The position numbers and the translations under genes were made by a program. 64,000 bases of DNA, taken from an uncultured archaeon (lineage in GTDB: Archaea > Thermoplasmatota > Poseidoniia > MGIII > CAYLMJ01). The notes beneath the pieces were generated by a model that was not told where the DNA came from, ran no database searches, and saw only the letters and a list, made by a program, of their open reading frames with translations. The stretch spans positions 25,007 through 89,006 of the forward strand of contig CAYLMJ010000003.1 in assembly GCA_964384995.1 (NCBI GenBank), given 5' to 3'. How positions within the stretch are numbered: position 1 is the first letter of the stretch; the number at the start of each line of letters is the position of its first letter. Positions 45,213 through 55,664 of this stretch are shown here, piece by piece.

Positions 45213-46763
45213 ATGGGAAAGGGAGCTCTAGTGAGTGGATCCGCCACCGACAAGGCCAAGACCTCAGATAAGTCAAAGGCACCCGACAAAGCCAAGGACC
45301 CGGATTCTGTCAAGACCAAGGGATCGCCCGAGCCGGAACCTTCCACCGCACCTTCCAAGGCCAAGAAGGAGGCGAAGCCGGCCGCGGCCAAAACAGCCTG
45401 CAAACCCACCGTGCCCCCACCGGCCCCGGAAGCGGCAGAGAGCCACACCTGCGGATACGAGGGGTGCCAGCGCACACCTGAGAAGGACTCGGTCCACTGC
45501 CTCTTCCACATCCCTGCAAAGGAGAAGGAGGCCATGGAGCTGTGGGACAGGAGCCTGGTGCGCTTCAACAAGAAGCTGGTCATCGGCGAGGGGGACTTTG
45601 CCGGCTTCGTCCTGAAGGGGGTCAACCTGGCGGGCAAGACCATCGAGCATGACCTCAACTTCCACGGGGCCCGGTTCATCGGTCCCACTGTGCTGTCGGG
45701 CGCCAAGCACAACAACACCGAGTTCAAGGGGGAGGTGAATCTGACGGAGGCGGTCTTCGAGGATGATGTGGACCTCTCCTGGGCCCACTTCCACGATCAG
45801 TGCGACTTCAGCCAGGCCACCTTCAAGGGCCTGCTGGACCTGCGATGGGCGGTCTTCGAGGCCCATGCCAAGTTCATCGGGATGCGCTGTGAAGGGGAGG
45901 CCGACTTTGGCGAATCGGTCTTCGAGGAGCACGCCTTCTTCAAGGAATCACATTTCGTGGTCAACGGCAACTTCAGCGCCGTCTACTTCGAGAAGGGCGG
46001 GGCCTTTGACCGGTCATACTTCAGGGAGGGCAACTTCGAGGATGCCGCCATCCAGAACGTCTCGTTCAGACGGGTGGCCCTGGACCATGTGGGTTTCGCC
46101 GGGGCCCAGATGGAGAACGCCTACCTGGCCGACTCATGGTGGTCGACGGCCTCGGACCGGACCACGGCCCAGGTGTTCCTCGACACCCTTTCGGTGGCCG
46201 ACCCCCGCTTCATCATCCACGAGGAGGAGGAGGCCGACCAGGTCCCCGATGACGATCGCAAGGAGAAGATCCGCTCCCTTTTGCGGGCCGAGTCCACCTA
46301 CCGCCGCCTGAAGCACACCCACACCAACGAGGGGGACTACAACAAGGCCGGCGAGTTCCACATCCACGAGATGCGGATGAAACAGCGCCGCTACCGGCTC
46401 CAGCGCGGTCTCAGGGTCAAGTGGAAGCTCTTCTGGAACACCTTCTACAACATCTCCTGTGGCTACGGCGAGCGGCCCAAGCGGCTCCTGCTCAACGCCG
46501 TCCTCATCGTCCTGCTCTTCTCCGGGCTGTACGAATTCTCCAACGGCATCGGCCACAGCAGCCTGGCCGAGGACGAGTTCGAATCCTACGACCCCTCGGC
46601 CGAGGAGTGCCTCTACTTCTCGGTGGTCACCTTCACCACCCTGGGCTACGGCGACTTCTCGCCCAAATCGGACTATCGTTTCTTCGCCGCCCTGGAGGCC
46701 TTCACCGGCGCCTTCACCATCGCCCTCTCGGTCCTGGTCTTCGGGCGCAAGATGATGCGGTGA
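45213..46763 (+). CDS. Pentapeptide-repeat protein with C-terminal two-TM potassium-channel pore domain
   Basis: A(x)F pentapeptide repeats; YFSVVTFTTLGYGD selectivity-filter motif; N-terminal C..C..C..H cluster. Confidence 0.88.
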   Translation: MGKGALVSGSATDKAKTSDKSKAPDKAKDPDSVKTKGSPEPEPSTAPSKAKKEAKPAAAKTACKPTVPPPAPEAAESHTCGYEGCQRTPEKDSVHCLFHIPAKEKEAMELWDRSLVRFNKKLVIGEGDFAGFVLKGVNLAGKTIEHDLNFHGARFIGPTVLSGAKHNNTEFKGEVNLTEAVFEDDVDLSWAHFHDQCDFSQATFKGLLDLRWAVFEAHAKFIGMRCEGEADFGESVFEEHAFFKESHFVVNGNFSAVYFEKGGAFDRSYFREGNFEDAAIQNVSFRRVALDHVGFAGAQMENAYLADSWWSTASDRTTAQVFLDTLSVADPRFIIHEEEEADQVPDDDRKEKIRSLLRAESTYRRLKHTHTNEGDYNKAGEFHIHEMRMKQRRYRLQRGLRVKWKLFWNTFYNISCGYGERPKRLLLNAVLIVLLFSGLYEFSNGIGHSSLAEDEFESYDPSAEECLYFSVVTFTTLGYGDFSPKSDYRFFAALEAFTGAFTIALSVLVFGRKMMR

Positions 46764-46783
46764 GAGTTCCGGTCAGACAATTC

Positions 46784-47485
46784 TTACTTTGCTGTCCTCA
46801 GCCACTTCACCAGTTCCTTCATGGCCCGGCCGCGGTGGCTGACCTGGTTCTTCTCCTCCATGGTCAGCTCGGCAAAGGTCTGCATGTCGCCAAAGGCCGT
46901 GTCGGGTTGCTCGTCGGGGATGAAGACCGGGTCGAAGCCGAAGCCGCCCTCGCCGCACGCCTCGTAGCCGATGGTCCCCTCGCAGGTGCCCTTGAACAGC
47001 CGGGTCTCGCCATCGTGCAGGAGCAGGCCGATGACCGTCTCGAACCGGGCGTTGCGCTTGGCATCCTCCTTCCACGGCAGCATCAGGCGGATCAGCCCCT
47101 CGGCGCCGGCGGCCATGAACAGGGCCTTGGAATAGACTCCGGGGTAGCCTCCCAGCGCTTCGACGAAAAGACCCGAATCCTCGATGACGATGCCCCTTCC
47201 CTCGGCCGGCAGCATCGGTTCATCGTGCTCCAGGGAGGGGGCCATGTCGAATCCCGCCCCGATGGTGCGCCGGGACCTCTTCCTGGATCTGGGTGACAAG
47301 GACTCGCCCAGGTGGGTCAATCCATAGCGCACCACGTTCTCCAGGCTGTCGGTCTGGATCTCGGGATAGTCCAGTTTCTTCTTCCGCACCTTGAGGCCCA
47401 GGGGTTCCAGGCGTTCCTTGAACTCGGCCAGCTTCCCCGAGTTGGAGGTCACGAAGTCCAGACGGCCGATCTTGGTCTTCTTCAT
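46784..47485 (-). CDS. rdgB: Non-canonical purine NTP pyrophosphatase (RdgB/HAM1)
   Basis: VTSNSGKLAE, EDSGLFVEALGGYPGVYS, GFGFDPVF, KNQVSHRGRA; TGATG overlap with upstream gene. Confidence 0.93.
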   Translation of the reverse strand: MKKTKIGRLDFVTSNSGKLAEFKERLEPLGLKVRKKKLDYPEIQTDSLENVVRYGLTHLGESLSPRSRKRSRRTIGAGFDMAPSLEHDEPMLPAEGRGIVIEDSGLFVEALGGYPGVYSKALFMAAGAEGLIRLMLPWKEDAKRNARFETVIGLLLHDGETRLFKGTCEGTIGYEACGEGGFGFDPVFIPDEQPDTAFGDMQTFAELTMEEKNQVSHRGRAMKELVKWLRTAK

Positions 47486-49797
47486 CACATCAGCTCCAGT
47501 TCCTTGCCCAGCACTCCATCGATGTAAACCTTTCGGGCGGCGTTGGTTATCTTCTTGTCCATCAAGTTCAGCTCCCACACCGGCAGGTAGCCGGGGGTTA
47601 TCTGGGTGGGCGCCTCGCCGAAAAGGCGCTTGAAGAGGTTGCGCACCTTGATCTTGGAGAAGGAGTGCTCGTTGCCCTTGTTGTCCAGGGGTGTCAGCTC
47701 ATCGTGATGGATCTGGTCCCAGGCGAACTCCTTGAACTCAGGAAGGTCCTTGTAGTCCCAGGGTTGCTGGTCCACGTTGGTGATGAAGGCCAGCTCCTTG
47801 GGTTTGAAGGGCGGCATCACATCGGTCTCGATCATCAGGATCTGGCCGGTCTGTCCGTGGAAGGTCAGCGAGCCCTTGTGGTCGGCCTTCATCAGCCCCA
47901 GCCGCTTGGTCTGGATGTCGTAGTCGACGTGGTAGATGGGCAGGTAGAAGAGCTTGAGGTCCCCCACGGTCTCGCCCTTGAAGACGAAGAGCGTCGATTC
48001 CCGCTCCTTCTCGGCCAGATGGGTCACCTCCGACTGGGAGACGTTGAGCCTGGGCACCTTGACATAATCCTTGGGATCTCCCGGTGGCTTGGGCGTTTCC
48101 AGCCGTTGGGCCTCATCCTCATCATTGCCACCAAGCCCCGGCAGATGGGAGATGGCCTCCTTGAGCCCGTCCAGGGGTGACCCGGCCACCGTGTACGCCT
48201 CCTGCTCCACTTCGCTGATCGGTGTGGGTTCTGGTTCGAGTTCGGTGTCGGTCTCAGGCTCAGGGGCAGCCTCTTGCGATTTCCCGGTGGAACGGTCCGC
48301 CTCGGCCGGTTGGAGGGTTTCGGGCGCAACGGTCTCCACCTCGGGCACCTCAGGCACATCGGGCAGGTCGGAAAGTACCCCTACCTCAGGGGCGGCCTGT
48401 TCAGGTTTGGCTGGCTCCGCTCGGGTCTCCCCGGTCGACCTATCCATTTCCTGCTCTCTTTCTCGCACCCTTGCGCTTTCCTCCTTCACCCATTCTCTCG
48501 CCTTGGCTCCCTTTTCGAACCTGGCGAAATGCTCCCGCACCGCAGAGGGCATCAGGCTTCGCAAGGCGTCCTCGTCCAGGGTCGAGTGCTGGGTCAACAG
48601 CCATCTGGCCTGCATCTGTTTGGCCCGGTCGAAGACATCGGGGCAGATGAGCAGGAAGTGGCCGGTGGTCAGGTTGGGGATGGAGGTCATGATGGACTCC
48701 ACCTCCTCGGGGGCCATGGCCTTCACCATGTGGGAGACCTTGGACAGGTCCTGCTTGGTCATCATCCGCCCCAGCGCCCAGGTATTGGCCTGGGCCATGG
48801 CCTTGTAATCGATGTCGGCCGGGTTCTGGGTGCACATCAGACAGCTCACGCCGTACTTGCGCCCCTGCTTGAACAGCAGGGTCAGCATCTCCTTGGCCGG
48901 CGGGTTCCGGGGATGGGGCGGCAGGTAGGAGGAGACCTCGTCGATGTAGAAGACCAGCTGGACCCGTTCCGAGGGGTTCTGGAGCATCCAGTTGTAGATC
49001 TCCCGGGCCACCATGGAGACGAAGAACTGCTTGTCCGACTCGGCGTTGAGGGTGTTCAGGTAGATGATGTTGATGGGCACCTTGTTGGCGTTGGCCGGGC
49101 TCAGGAAGGTCTCCATGTCCAAGGGCGCCCCGAAGTTGAACATCAGCTTCTTGAGGCCCACCGAGAACTGGCGCAGTTTCTTGGCGATGCTGGCCCGCTC
49201 TCTGGGGGTGATGAATGTCTCGCCCCCCTCCAGGCCCTCCTCCTTGGGGTCGGCCACGATGTCGGCAAAACGGGCGAAATCCTTGGTCTGGACCCCCGAG
49301 TCCCAGAGCTGTTCGATGAGCTGGTAGAGGAAGGCCGTGCAGCTCTTTCCATCGTCCGATTGCACGTCGTACCCCATCAGCTGGGTCAGCCCCTTGGCCA
49401 CCATGTCCACCGCCCGGATCCGCTCGTCCGGTGATAGCCGGTCGGGCGGGGGCAGGTGCAACGGGTCGATGGAGATGGGGATGCCCTTGGAGGAGGCGGG
49501 GGTGAAGATGCGGACCTCGGCCTTCTGGGTCAGGCTCACCAGCCGGGTGGGGTCACCGCCGTGGTCCTCGATGTCCTTGACCAGTCCTCCCAGGGCCAGG
49601 GAGGCCAGGTCGCCCTGGGGGTCGATGAGCACCGAGGGGATGTTGGCCATGGTGGCCTCCTCGATGAAGCACTTGGCCATCACCGTCTTGCCCGAGCCCG
49701 AGGCTCCCAGCACCGTGACATGGCGCTTCAGCACGTCCACAGGCAGCCTCACCGGGCCCTCCCGGGACCAGCCAATGAGCAGCTCGCCTTGGTCCAT
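47485..49797 (-). CDS. HerA/FtsK-superfamily ATPase (DUF87/DUF853-like) with acidic linker and duplicated C-terminal domain
   Basis: RHVTVLGASGSGKT Walker A, IDPQGD, FYIDE Walker B, GRKYGVS...TQNP. Confidence 0.87.
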   Translation of the reverse strand: MDQGELLIGWSREGPVRLPVDVLKRHVTVLGASGSGKTVMAKCFIEEATMANIPSVLIDPQGDLASLALGGLVKDIEDHGGDPTRLVSLTQKAEVRIFTPASSKGIPISIDPLHLPPPDRLSPDERIRAVDMVAKGLTQLMGYDVQSDDGKSCTAFLYQLIEQLWDSGVQTKDFARFADIVADPKEEGLEGGETFITPRERASIAKKLRQFSVGLKKLMFNFGAPLDMETFLSPANANKVPINIIYLNTLNAESDKQFFVSMVAREIYNWMLQNPSERVQLVFYIDEVSSYLPPHPRNPPAKEMLTLLFKQGRKYGVSCLMCTQNPADIDYKAMAQANTWALGRMMTKQDLSKVSHMVKAMAPEEVESIMTSIPNLTTGHFLLICPDVFDRAKQMQARWLLTQHSTLDEDALRSLMPSAVREHFARFEKGAKAREWVKEESARVREREQEMDRSTGETRAEPAKPEQAAPEVGVLSDLPDVPEVPEVETVAPETLQPAEADRSTGKSQEAAPEPETDTELEPEPTPISEVEQEAYTVAGSPLDGLKEAISHLPGLGGNDEDEAQRLETPKPPGDPKDYVKVPRLNVSQSEVTHLAEKERESTLFVFKGETVGDLKLFYLPIYHVDYDIQTKRLGLMKADHKGSLTFHGQTGQILMIETDVMPPFKPKELAFITNVDQQPWDYKDLPEFKEFAWDQIHHDELTPLDNKGNEHSFSKIKVRNLFKRLFGEAPTQITPGYLPVWELNLMDKKITNAARKVYIDGVLGKELELM

Positions 49798-50008
49798 GGC
49801 AAGGGATGACCCGGCTGTTCTAAAAGGATTGTGAGCACCAGAGGAGGGCATTCCCATCGGCCCTGACCTCAAGCCTAGCATCAGCGATGTCAATGGGGCT
49901 CAAAAGCAGCGAAACATTACACCCGAAAAGCCTTTGAGAATTTGGATTATTAAATAATTTAAATCGTGTACAACAATGTTTATGGAGATTCTGGAAATGA
50001 AATTGGCC

Positions 50009-52166
50009 ATGACATTGGATCGGCATCAAACCAAGCGCCTGGCAGGACCTCTCACTTTTTTTTGTCATCATCATCCTGGCGGGCACCAGCATCTTCCACT
50101 ACAGCCAGCCGGCGGAGCTTCGTGATGGTCCTCACCCCATCGTGCAGGCGTCGTACACCATCGCCCAAACACCCGGCAAGCTCGAAAGTTCTTCCTTGAT
50201 GACACCTGGTGAGATAATCGATCAGCTGATAGGTCTGGGCAAGCATGTGGAGGAGGTACCACAGGAGAGGGAGGGACCGACCCTGCCCCCATTCCAGCGA
50301 CCCACCTTACCCTTCCTTGGCGGCTATCCGGTCATCCCCATCGACGATCCAGACCCAACAACGGGTTCACCCGTTACCGAGCCCTTTCCGACTCGCCATG
50401 ATAGCAACCTGAGCTATTTTGCCTCGTTCGCTGAGTTGGCCGAGTACGTGGATGAGTACAGCTACTATCCATATCGATGGGGTTACTACAACGAGTGCTA
50501 TTTCCTGGTCGATTTCGCTGTAGATTTAGATTCAGATGCCCTTTCAATGAACAGCTTCTCGGGCACCAACAATCAGGTCGTTGGAGTGGATGAGGTGGAC
50601 TCGGTCAAGACCGATGGGCGCTACCTTTACCTCCACAGTGGCGGCTCAATCTACATCATCAAGGCCTATCCCCATTCGGAAGCCCGCATCGTCTCCAAGA
50701 TCGAGAACCACGGCGGGAGCATCCAGGGCCTCTTCATCCATGACGACAGGCTTGTCATCCTCAAGTACTTGAGTCAACCGAGGACCATGCACTATGAGGA
50801 GCAGACCGAGGTCTTCGATGGGGATGTCTGGTACCAGGTGACCGATTCAAGGGTCTCCGAATGGACTTTGAACGAACCCCAGACCCAGGTGTTGATCTAT
50901 GACATCAACCGCAAGGCAAATCCGCGGCAACTTCATGACATGGTCATCCCCGGCAGTTACCAGGGCGCCCGTCTCATCGGCAACGACCTCTACCTAATCA
51001 CCACCCATCGGCTCTACCGCTACGATGACGAGGTGAACTGGCCGGTCATCACGGAGGACGGTCAAAGCCGCATCATCGACCACACTCAGATCGGTTATTT
51101 CGACGATTCTGTGGGCTCAAGCCAGCTGACCATGATCACCAGCCTGAGCGTTCAGCCCGGCATGGTCACCGACAGCAAGGCCGTGCTCTCCAACTCCACC
51201 AACCATATCTACGTCTCCCAGTCGGGCATCTACCTGGCCGGTGCCGACTATGGCTGGTACCGCCAGGATGGCAGCTTCATCCACAAGTTCACCATCGACG
51301 AGGGACAGGTGTCCTATGTTGGCATGGGCCTGGTCCCGGGCTGGATCGACAACCAGTTCGCCATGGACGAGCACAAGGGCCATCTGCGGGTGGCCACGAC
51401 CATCGGCTTTGTCTCCAAGTCCAATCCCACCTCCACCAACAACCTCTACATCCTTGATGGTACCATGACCACCGTGGGCAAGCTGGAGGGACTGGCGCCG
51501 GGCGAGCAGATCTACTCGGCCCGCTTCATGGGCGATCGCGGCTACATGGTCACCTTCAAGAAGGTCGACCCCTTCTTCGTCATCGACCTGTCCGATCCCA
51601 CCGACCCCACGATGCTGGGCTACCTCAAGATACCCGGCTATTCCGATTACATGCATCCCTACGATGAGAACCATGTCATCGGTCTGGGCAAGGACACGAT
51701 GGAGGCTTCCAGCGGCAACTTCGCCTGGTACCAGGGTCTCAAGCTATCGTTGTTCGATGTTACCGACGTGGCCCATCCCAAGGAGGTCTCCAAGCTCATC
51801 ATCGGCGATCGCGGCACCGAATCGGAAGCGCTCCATGACCACAGGGCCTTCCAGTTCTTTGGGGCTCACGACAAGATAGTCATTCCGGTCGACCTGTACG
51901 AGGTCCAGAACCCAAACGGGCGTGACAACCAGCATGGTGAGTTCGTCTGGCAGGGTGCCTATGTGATATCCCTTACCCTGGAGGATGGCTTCCAGATTTT
52001 CGGTCGAGTCTCGCACATCGGTACCAATGCTTCCCAGTATTCATACAATGACAGGATCCAGCGTTCACTCTACATCGAGGACGTGCTTTACACAATCTCA
52101 CCGGAGCAGGTGGCGCTCAACGATATCAACAACCTGAACCGCCTGGAGACCATCAAGCTGGAGTGA
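50009..52166 (+). CDS. Secreted beta-propeller domain protein; leader separated from main ORF by a +1 T in a T8 tract
   Basis: TNNQVVGVDEVDSVKTDG, NQFAMDEH.GHLRVATT, ARFMGDRGYMVTFKKVDP, LKIPGYSDYMHP. Main ORF 50142..52166; leader from ATG 50009 is in another frame. Confidence 0.85.
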
Positions 52167-52248
52167 AGGGAACGACCAACCATCACCCCTCACGGTCAAC
52201 TATCCCTTCACCCAACTTTATAAGCCTGGGTCCTCCTTCAGCCCCAGC

Positions 52249-53346
52249 ATGAACTCTCCACCGGACGAGACCATCACCGAGCAGCGCAAGGGCCACCACA
52301 TCGACATCTGCCTGGACGAACCGGTGGGCAACGTGTCCAACCTGTGGGAGGGCATCCACCTGATGCACCAGGCCCTGCCCGAGGTGGACCTGGACGCCAT
52401 CGACGTCTCCTGCAAGCTCTTCGGACGCCAGCTGGAGGCTCCGCTGGTCATCTCGGCCATGACCGGGGGCATCGATCGGGCCACCAGCATCAACGCCAAC
52501 CTGGCTGAGGCGGCGGCCGAATGCGGCATCGGCATGGGCGTCGGCTCCCAGCGGGCCGCCATCGAGAAGCCCTCACTCGCCGATACCTACAGCGTGGTGG
52601 CCGAGCACGACGTCCCCCTGAGGCTGGGCAACCTGGGGGCCCCACAGCTCATCGGACAGGGCGACGGGGTCGAACCCTACGGCGTGGAGCAGGCCAAGGC
52701 CGCCCTGGAGATGATCGACGGCCACGTCCTGGCCCTGCACATCAACTACCTGCAAGAGGTGGTCCAGCCCGAGGGCGACCACAAGGCCGAGGGCGCCCTG
52801 GAGGCCATGACCCGCCTCGCCAAGCAGGTGCCCGTCGTGGCCAAGGAGACCGGGGCCGGGCTCAACCGGGACATGGCCCTGGCCCTGGCCGATACTCCCA
52901 TCATGGGTCTGGACGTCGGCGGAGCAGGCGGCACCTCATTCTCCAAGGTGGAGTACTACCGCGCCCGGGACCGGGATGAGCCCCTGCGGGCCCGGCTGGG
53001 GGTGACCTTCGGCAACTGGGGCATCCCCACGCCCGCCAGCGTGGTCATGGCCCGGGCCACGGGTCTGCCCATCATCGCCACCGGCGGTCTCAACACCGGC
53101 CTCGACGTGGCCCGCGCCATTGTCCTGGGCTCCAGCGCCGGAGGGATGGCCCGCGCCTTCCTGAAGGCCGCCACCCAGTCCAAGGAGGCGGTGGTCAACG
53201 AGATCAACACCATCATCGAGGAGCTGAAAGCGGCCATGTTCCTGGTGGGCGTCACCAACCTGAACGAGCTGGCCGATGAACCCTACCTGGTGCTGGGCGA
53301 CCTGAAGCCCTGGATGGACATGGCCCGGGAGCAGGCCCTGGGGTGA
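52249..53346 (+). CDS. fni: Type 2 isopentenyl-diphosphate delta-isomerase
   Basis: RKGHHI, ISAMTGG, GVGSQRA, LHINYLQEVVQPEGD, KETGAG, GGAGGTSF. Confidence 0.96.
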   Translation: MNSPPDETITEQRKGHHIDICLDEPVGNVSNLWEGIHLMHQALPEVDLDAIDVSCKLFGRQLEAPLVISAMTGGIDRATSINANLAEAAAECGIGMGVGSQRAAIEKPSLADTYSVVAEHDVPLRLGNLGAPQLIGQGDGVEPYGVEQAKAALEMIDGHVLALHINYLQEVVQPEGDHKAEGALEAMTRLAKQVPVVAKETGAGLNRDMALALADTPIMGLDVGGAGGTSFSKVEYYRARDRDEPLRARLGVTFGNWGIPTPASVVMARATGLPIIATGGLNTGLDVARAIVLGSSAGGMARAFLKAATQSKEAVVNEINTIIEELKAAMFLVGVTNLNELADEPYLVLGDLKPWMDMAREQALG

Positions 53347-54434
53347 TGAGCGGCAACCGATGGGCAACAGGCGAATTATCAAAATCACAGGAACACGAGT
53401 ACAGCAAACTTGTCAACAAGCGAGAAGAGGCATTTCCCATGACCCCTGATTTCAAGACAGCCCTGAAGGAGCGCGCCCGCATCGTGGAGGAGGCCCTGCC
53501 CGGATTCATCGGTCTCAAGAAGGGTGATCCCCCCCGCCTCTACCAGGCCATGGCCCACATTCCCCTGGCCGGAGGCAAGCGCCTGCGCCCGGTGATGACC
53601 CTGCTGACCAACGAGCTGGTGGGCGGTGACCCCCAGCAGGCCCTGCCCTACGGCTGTGCCCTGGAGATGGTCCACAACTTCACCCTCATCCACGACGACA
53701 TCATGGACGATGACGACCTGCGCCACGGGGCCGATGCCTGTCACATCACCTACGACATGAACACCGCCATCAACGCCGGGGACGCCCTCTTCGCCCAGGC
53801 CTTCAAGGTGGCCGCCGAGACCCCCTGCGAGCCCGACCGGGTGGCCCATCTGGTGCGCAAGCTGGCCCAGATCGTGGTGATCATCGCCGAGGGTCAGCAG
53901 ATGGACATGGACTTCGAGACCCAGGAGGTGGTGAAGGCCGCCGACTACCTGGAGATGGTGCGGCGCAAGACTGCCGTCATATTCGGACTGGCCGCCTACA
54001 GCGGAGCCCTCATCGGCGGCGCCACCGAGGAGCAGGCCCAGTCCCTCTACGAGATGGCCGAGGGTGTGGGTCTGGGCTTCCAGATCTGGGACGATGTCAT
54101 CGACGCCACTGTGGACTCGGACAAGCTGGGCAAGCCCACAGGCTCCGATATCCGCCAGGGCAAGCGCACCCTGCTGGTGCTCACCGCCCTGGAGCGGGCC
54201 ACGCCCGAGCAGGCCGCCCGCCTTACCGAGATCCTGGACCGGACCGACAACACCGAGGCCGAGGTGGCCGAGGCGGTGCAGATAATGCGGGACTCGGGAG
54301 CCATCGACCTGTGCACCCAGCAAGCATTGGATCACGCCGCCCGGGCCCGGGAGGTCCTGGCCAGCTTCCCCGCCGGACCCGCTCGGGATGTGATGGCGGG
54401 CCTGGTGGACTACCTTGTCGAGCGGAGCTACTGA
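53343..54434 (+). CDS. idsA: Geranylgeranyl diphosphate synthase (polyprenyl synthetase)
   Basis: GGKRLRP, HNFTLIHDDIMD (FARM), GQQMD, FQIWDDVID (SARM). Start could be ATG 53439. Confidence 0.92.
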   Translation: MMSGNRWATGELSKSQEHEYSKLVNKREEAFPMTPDFKTALKERARIVEEALPGFIGLKKGDPPRLYQAMAHIPLAGGKRLRPVMTLLTNELVGGDPQQALPYGCALEMVHNFTLIHDDIMDDDDLRHGADACHITYDMNTAINAGDALFAQAFKVAAETPCEPDRVAHLVRKLAQIVVIIAEGQQMDMDFETQEVVKAADYLEMVRRKTAVIFGLAAYSGALIGGATEEQAQSLYEMAEGVGLGFQIWDDVIDATVDSDKLGKPTGSDIRQGKRTLLVLTALERATPEQAARLTEILDRTDNTEAEVAEAVQIMRDSGAIDLCTQQALDHAARAREVLASFPAGPARDVMAGLVDYLVERSY

Positions 54435-54448
54435 GCCGAAAGCATTGC

Positions 54449-54548
54449 GAGCTACAGGCCAACCTCAAGCCAACACCCAGCGTACCCCCGGTGAACCTCC
54501 AGCGATCTTGAAGCCAAATCAAAGCTAAAACCCAAAGCTAAACCTCTA
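54449..54548. repeat. Degenerate 11-bp-period intergenic array
   Basis: CAACCTCAAGC CAACACCCAGC GTACCCCCGGT GAACCTCCAGC GATCTTGAAGC CAAATCAAAGC. Confidence 0.6.
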
Positions 54549-54584
54549 AATCCCCGGCGCCCCTTGGTGGCCCCGGTAGTGCCC

Positions 54585-55664
54585 ATGGCCTCGGACCCTT
54601 CTACCACTCCTGACAAGATAAACAACGATATTCGAGCGGCTCTGGAGAAGCTCGACAACATCAATGTCCAGGAAGTCCATCTTGTGGATTACCTAACCCC
54701 GGCCCTGCCCAAGGGCAAGGAGATAACCTTCCATTGCACCGACAAGGAGGGCCGCCGCAGTGGCACCGGGGATCTCTTCGCCGCCTACACCAACGGCGCC
54801 CGCCTCATCGTGGAGGGCAATGTGGGGCGCTTCACCGCCGACTCCATGGTGGGGGGTGAGATGGTCATCAACGGCAATGCCGGGCGAGGCCTGGCCCACA
54901 ACCTCCAGGGAGGCACAGTGGTGGTGCGGGGCGATGTGGACAAGGGAGCGGCCATGCTCATGGCCGGAGGCACTCTGATCGTCGACGGCAATGCCGGGGA
55001 CGCCTCGTGCACCGCCATGTCAGGGGGTACGGTCATCATCACCGGCGAGGTGGCCGGTCGTTTGGCCAAGTCCATGTCCGGCGGCACCATCTACCTGGCC
55101 GGCTCCATCCCCCAGCTGGAGTCCCACATCAAGGTCCGCCGGCCCACACCGGCCAAGCGTCAGGAGCTGACCCGCCTCCTCCAAGGCTTCGCCATCGAGG
55201 CCACCGGCATATCCTTCAACCAGCTCATTCCCGACAAGAACGCGGTGGCGGCTTCTCCCACGACGGCCATACCCGCACCACCCTCGGAGCCGGAGGCCGA
55301 GATGGTGGAGGATGACGATGATGAGGATGACGACGAAGTCCTTGATGCTCTGCCTGATGAGGACGACGAGGACGACGTCGATGATGAAGACGATGAAGAT
55401 GAAGACGATGAAGATGATGACGATGAGGATGACGATGATGAGGATGACGACGAGGGCCCCATGGAGGCCGAGCTGGAGGCTCCACCCCGGGATCCCATGG
55501 GCGCGGCCGTGACCGCCACCCTCCACGATGTCCCACCCCCCGACAAGAAGGAAGAGGCCACCGAGGATCCCAAGCCCAAAAGCAAGCCCGATGCAAAGGC
55601 CAAGGCCAAGAAGACCCCGGCTCCCAAGAAGGCCAAGGCTGACAAGAAGGAGGGCTCCAAATGA
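54585..55664 (+). CDS. GXGXG (glutamate synthase C-terminal / FwdC-like) beta-helix protein with poly-Asp/Glu tract
   Basis: Repeats GNVG...M.GG.MVINGNAG...L.GGTVVVRGD; ~50-residue D/E tract; Lys-rich end. Confidence 0.85.
   Translation: MASDPSTTPDKINNDIRAALEKLDNINVQEVHLVDYLTPALPKGKEITFHCTDKEGRRSGTGDLFAAYTNGARLIVEGNVGRFTADSMVGGEMVINGNAGRGLAHNLQGGTVVVRGDVDKGAAMLMAGGTLIVDGNAGDASCTAMSGGTVIITGEVAGRLAKSMSGGTIYLAGSIPQLESHIKVRRPTPAKRQELTRLLQGFAIEATGISFNQLIPDKNAVAASPTTAIPAPPSEPEAEMVEDDDDEDDDEVLDALPDEDDEDDVDDEDDEDEDDEDDDDEDDDDEDDDEGPMEAELEAPPRDPMGAAVTATLHDVPPPDKKEEATEDPKPKSKPDAKAKAKKTPAPKKAKADKKEGSK

Noticed and set aside
47485..49797. HerA-based anti-phage system or HerA-NurA repair operon
   Set aside because: No partner nuclease, sirtuin, NurA, Mre11 or Rad50 gene adjacent
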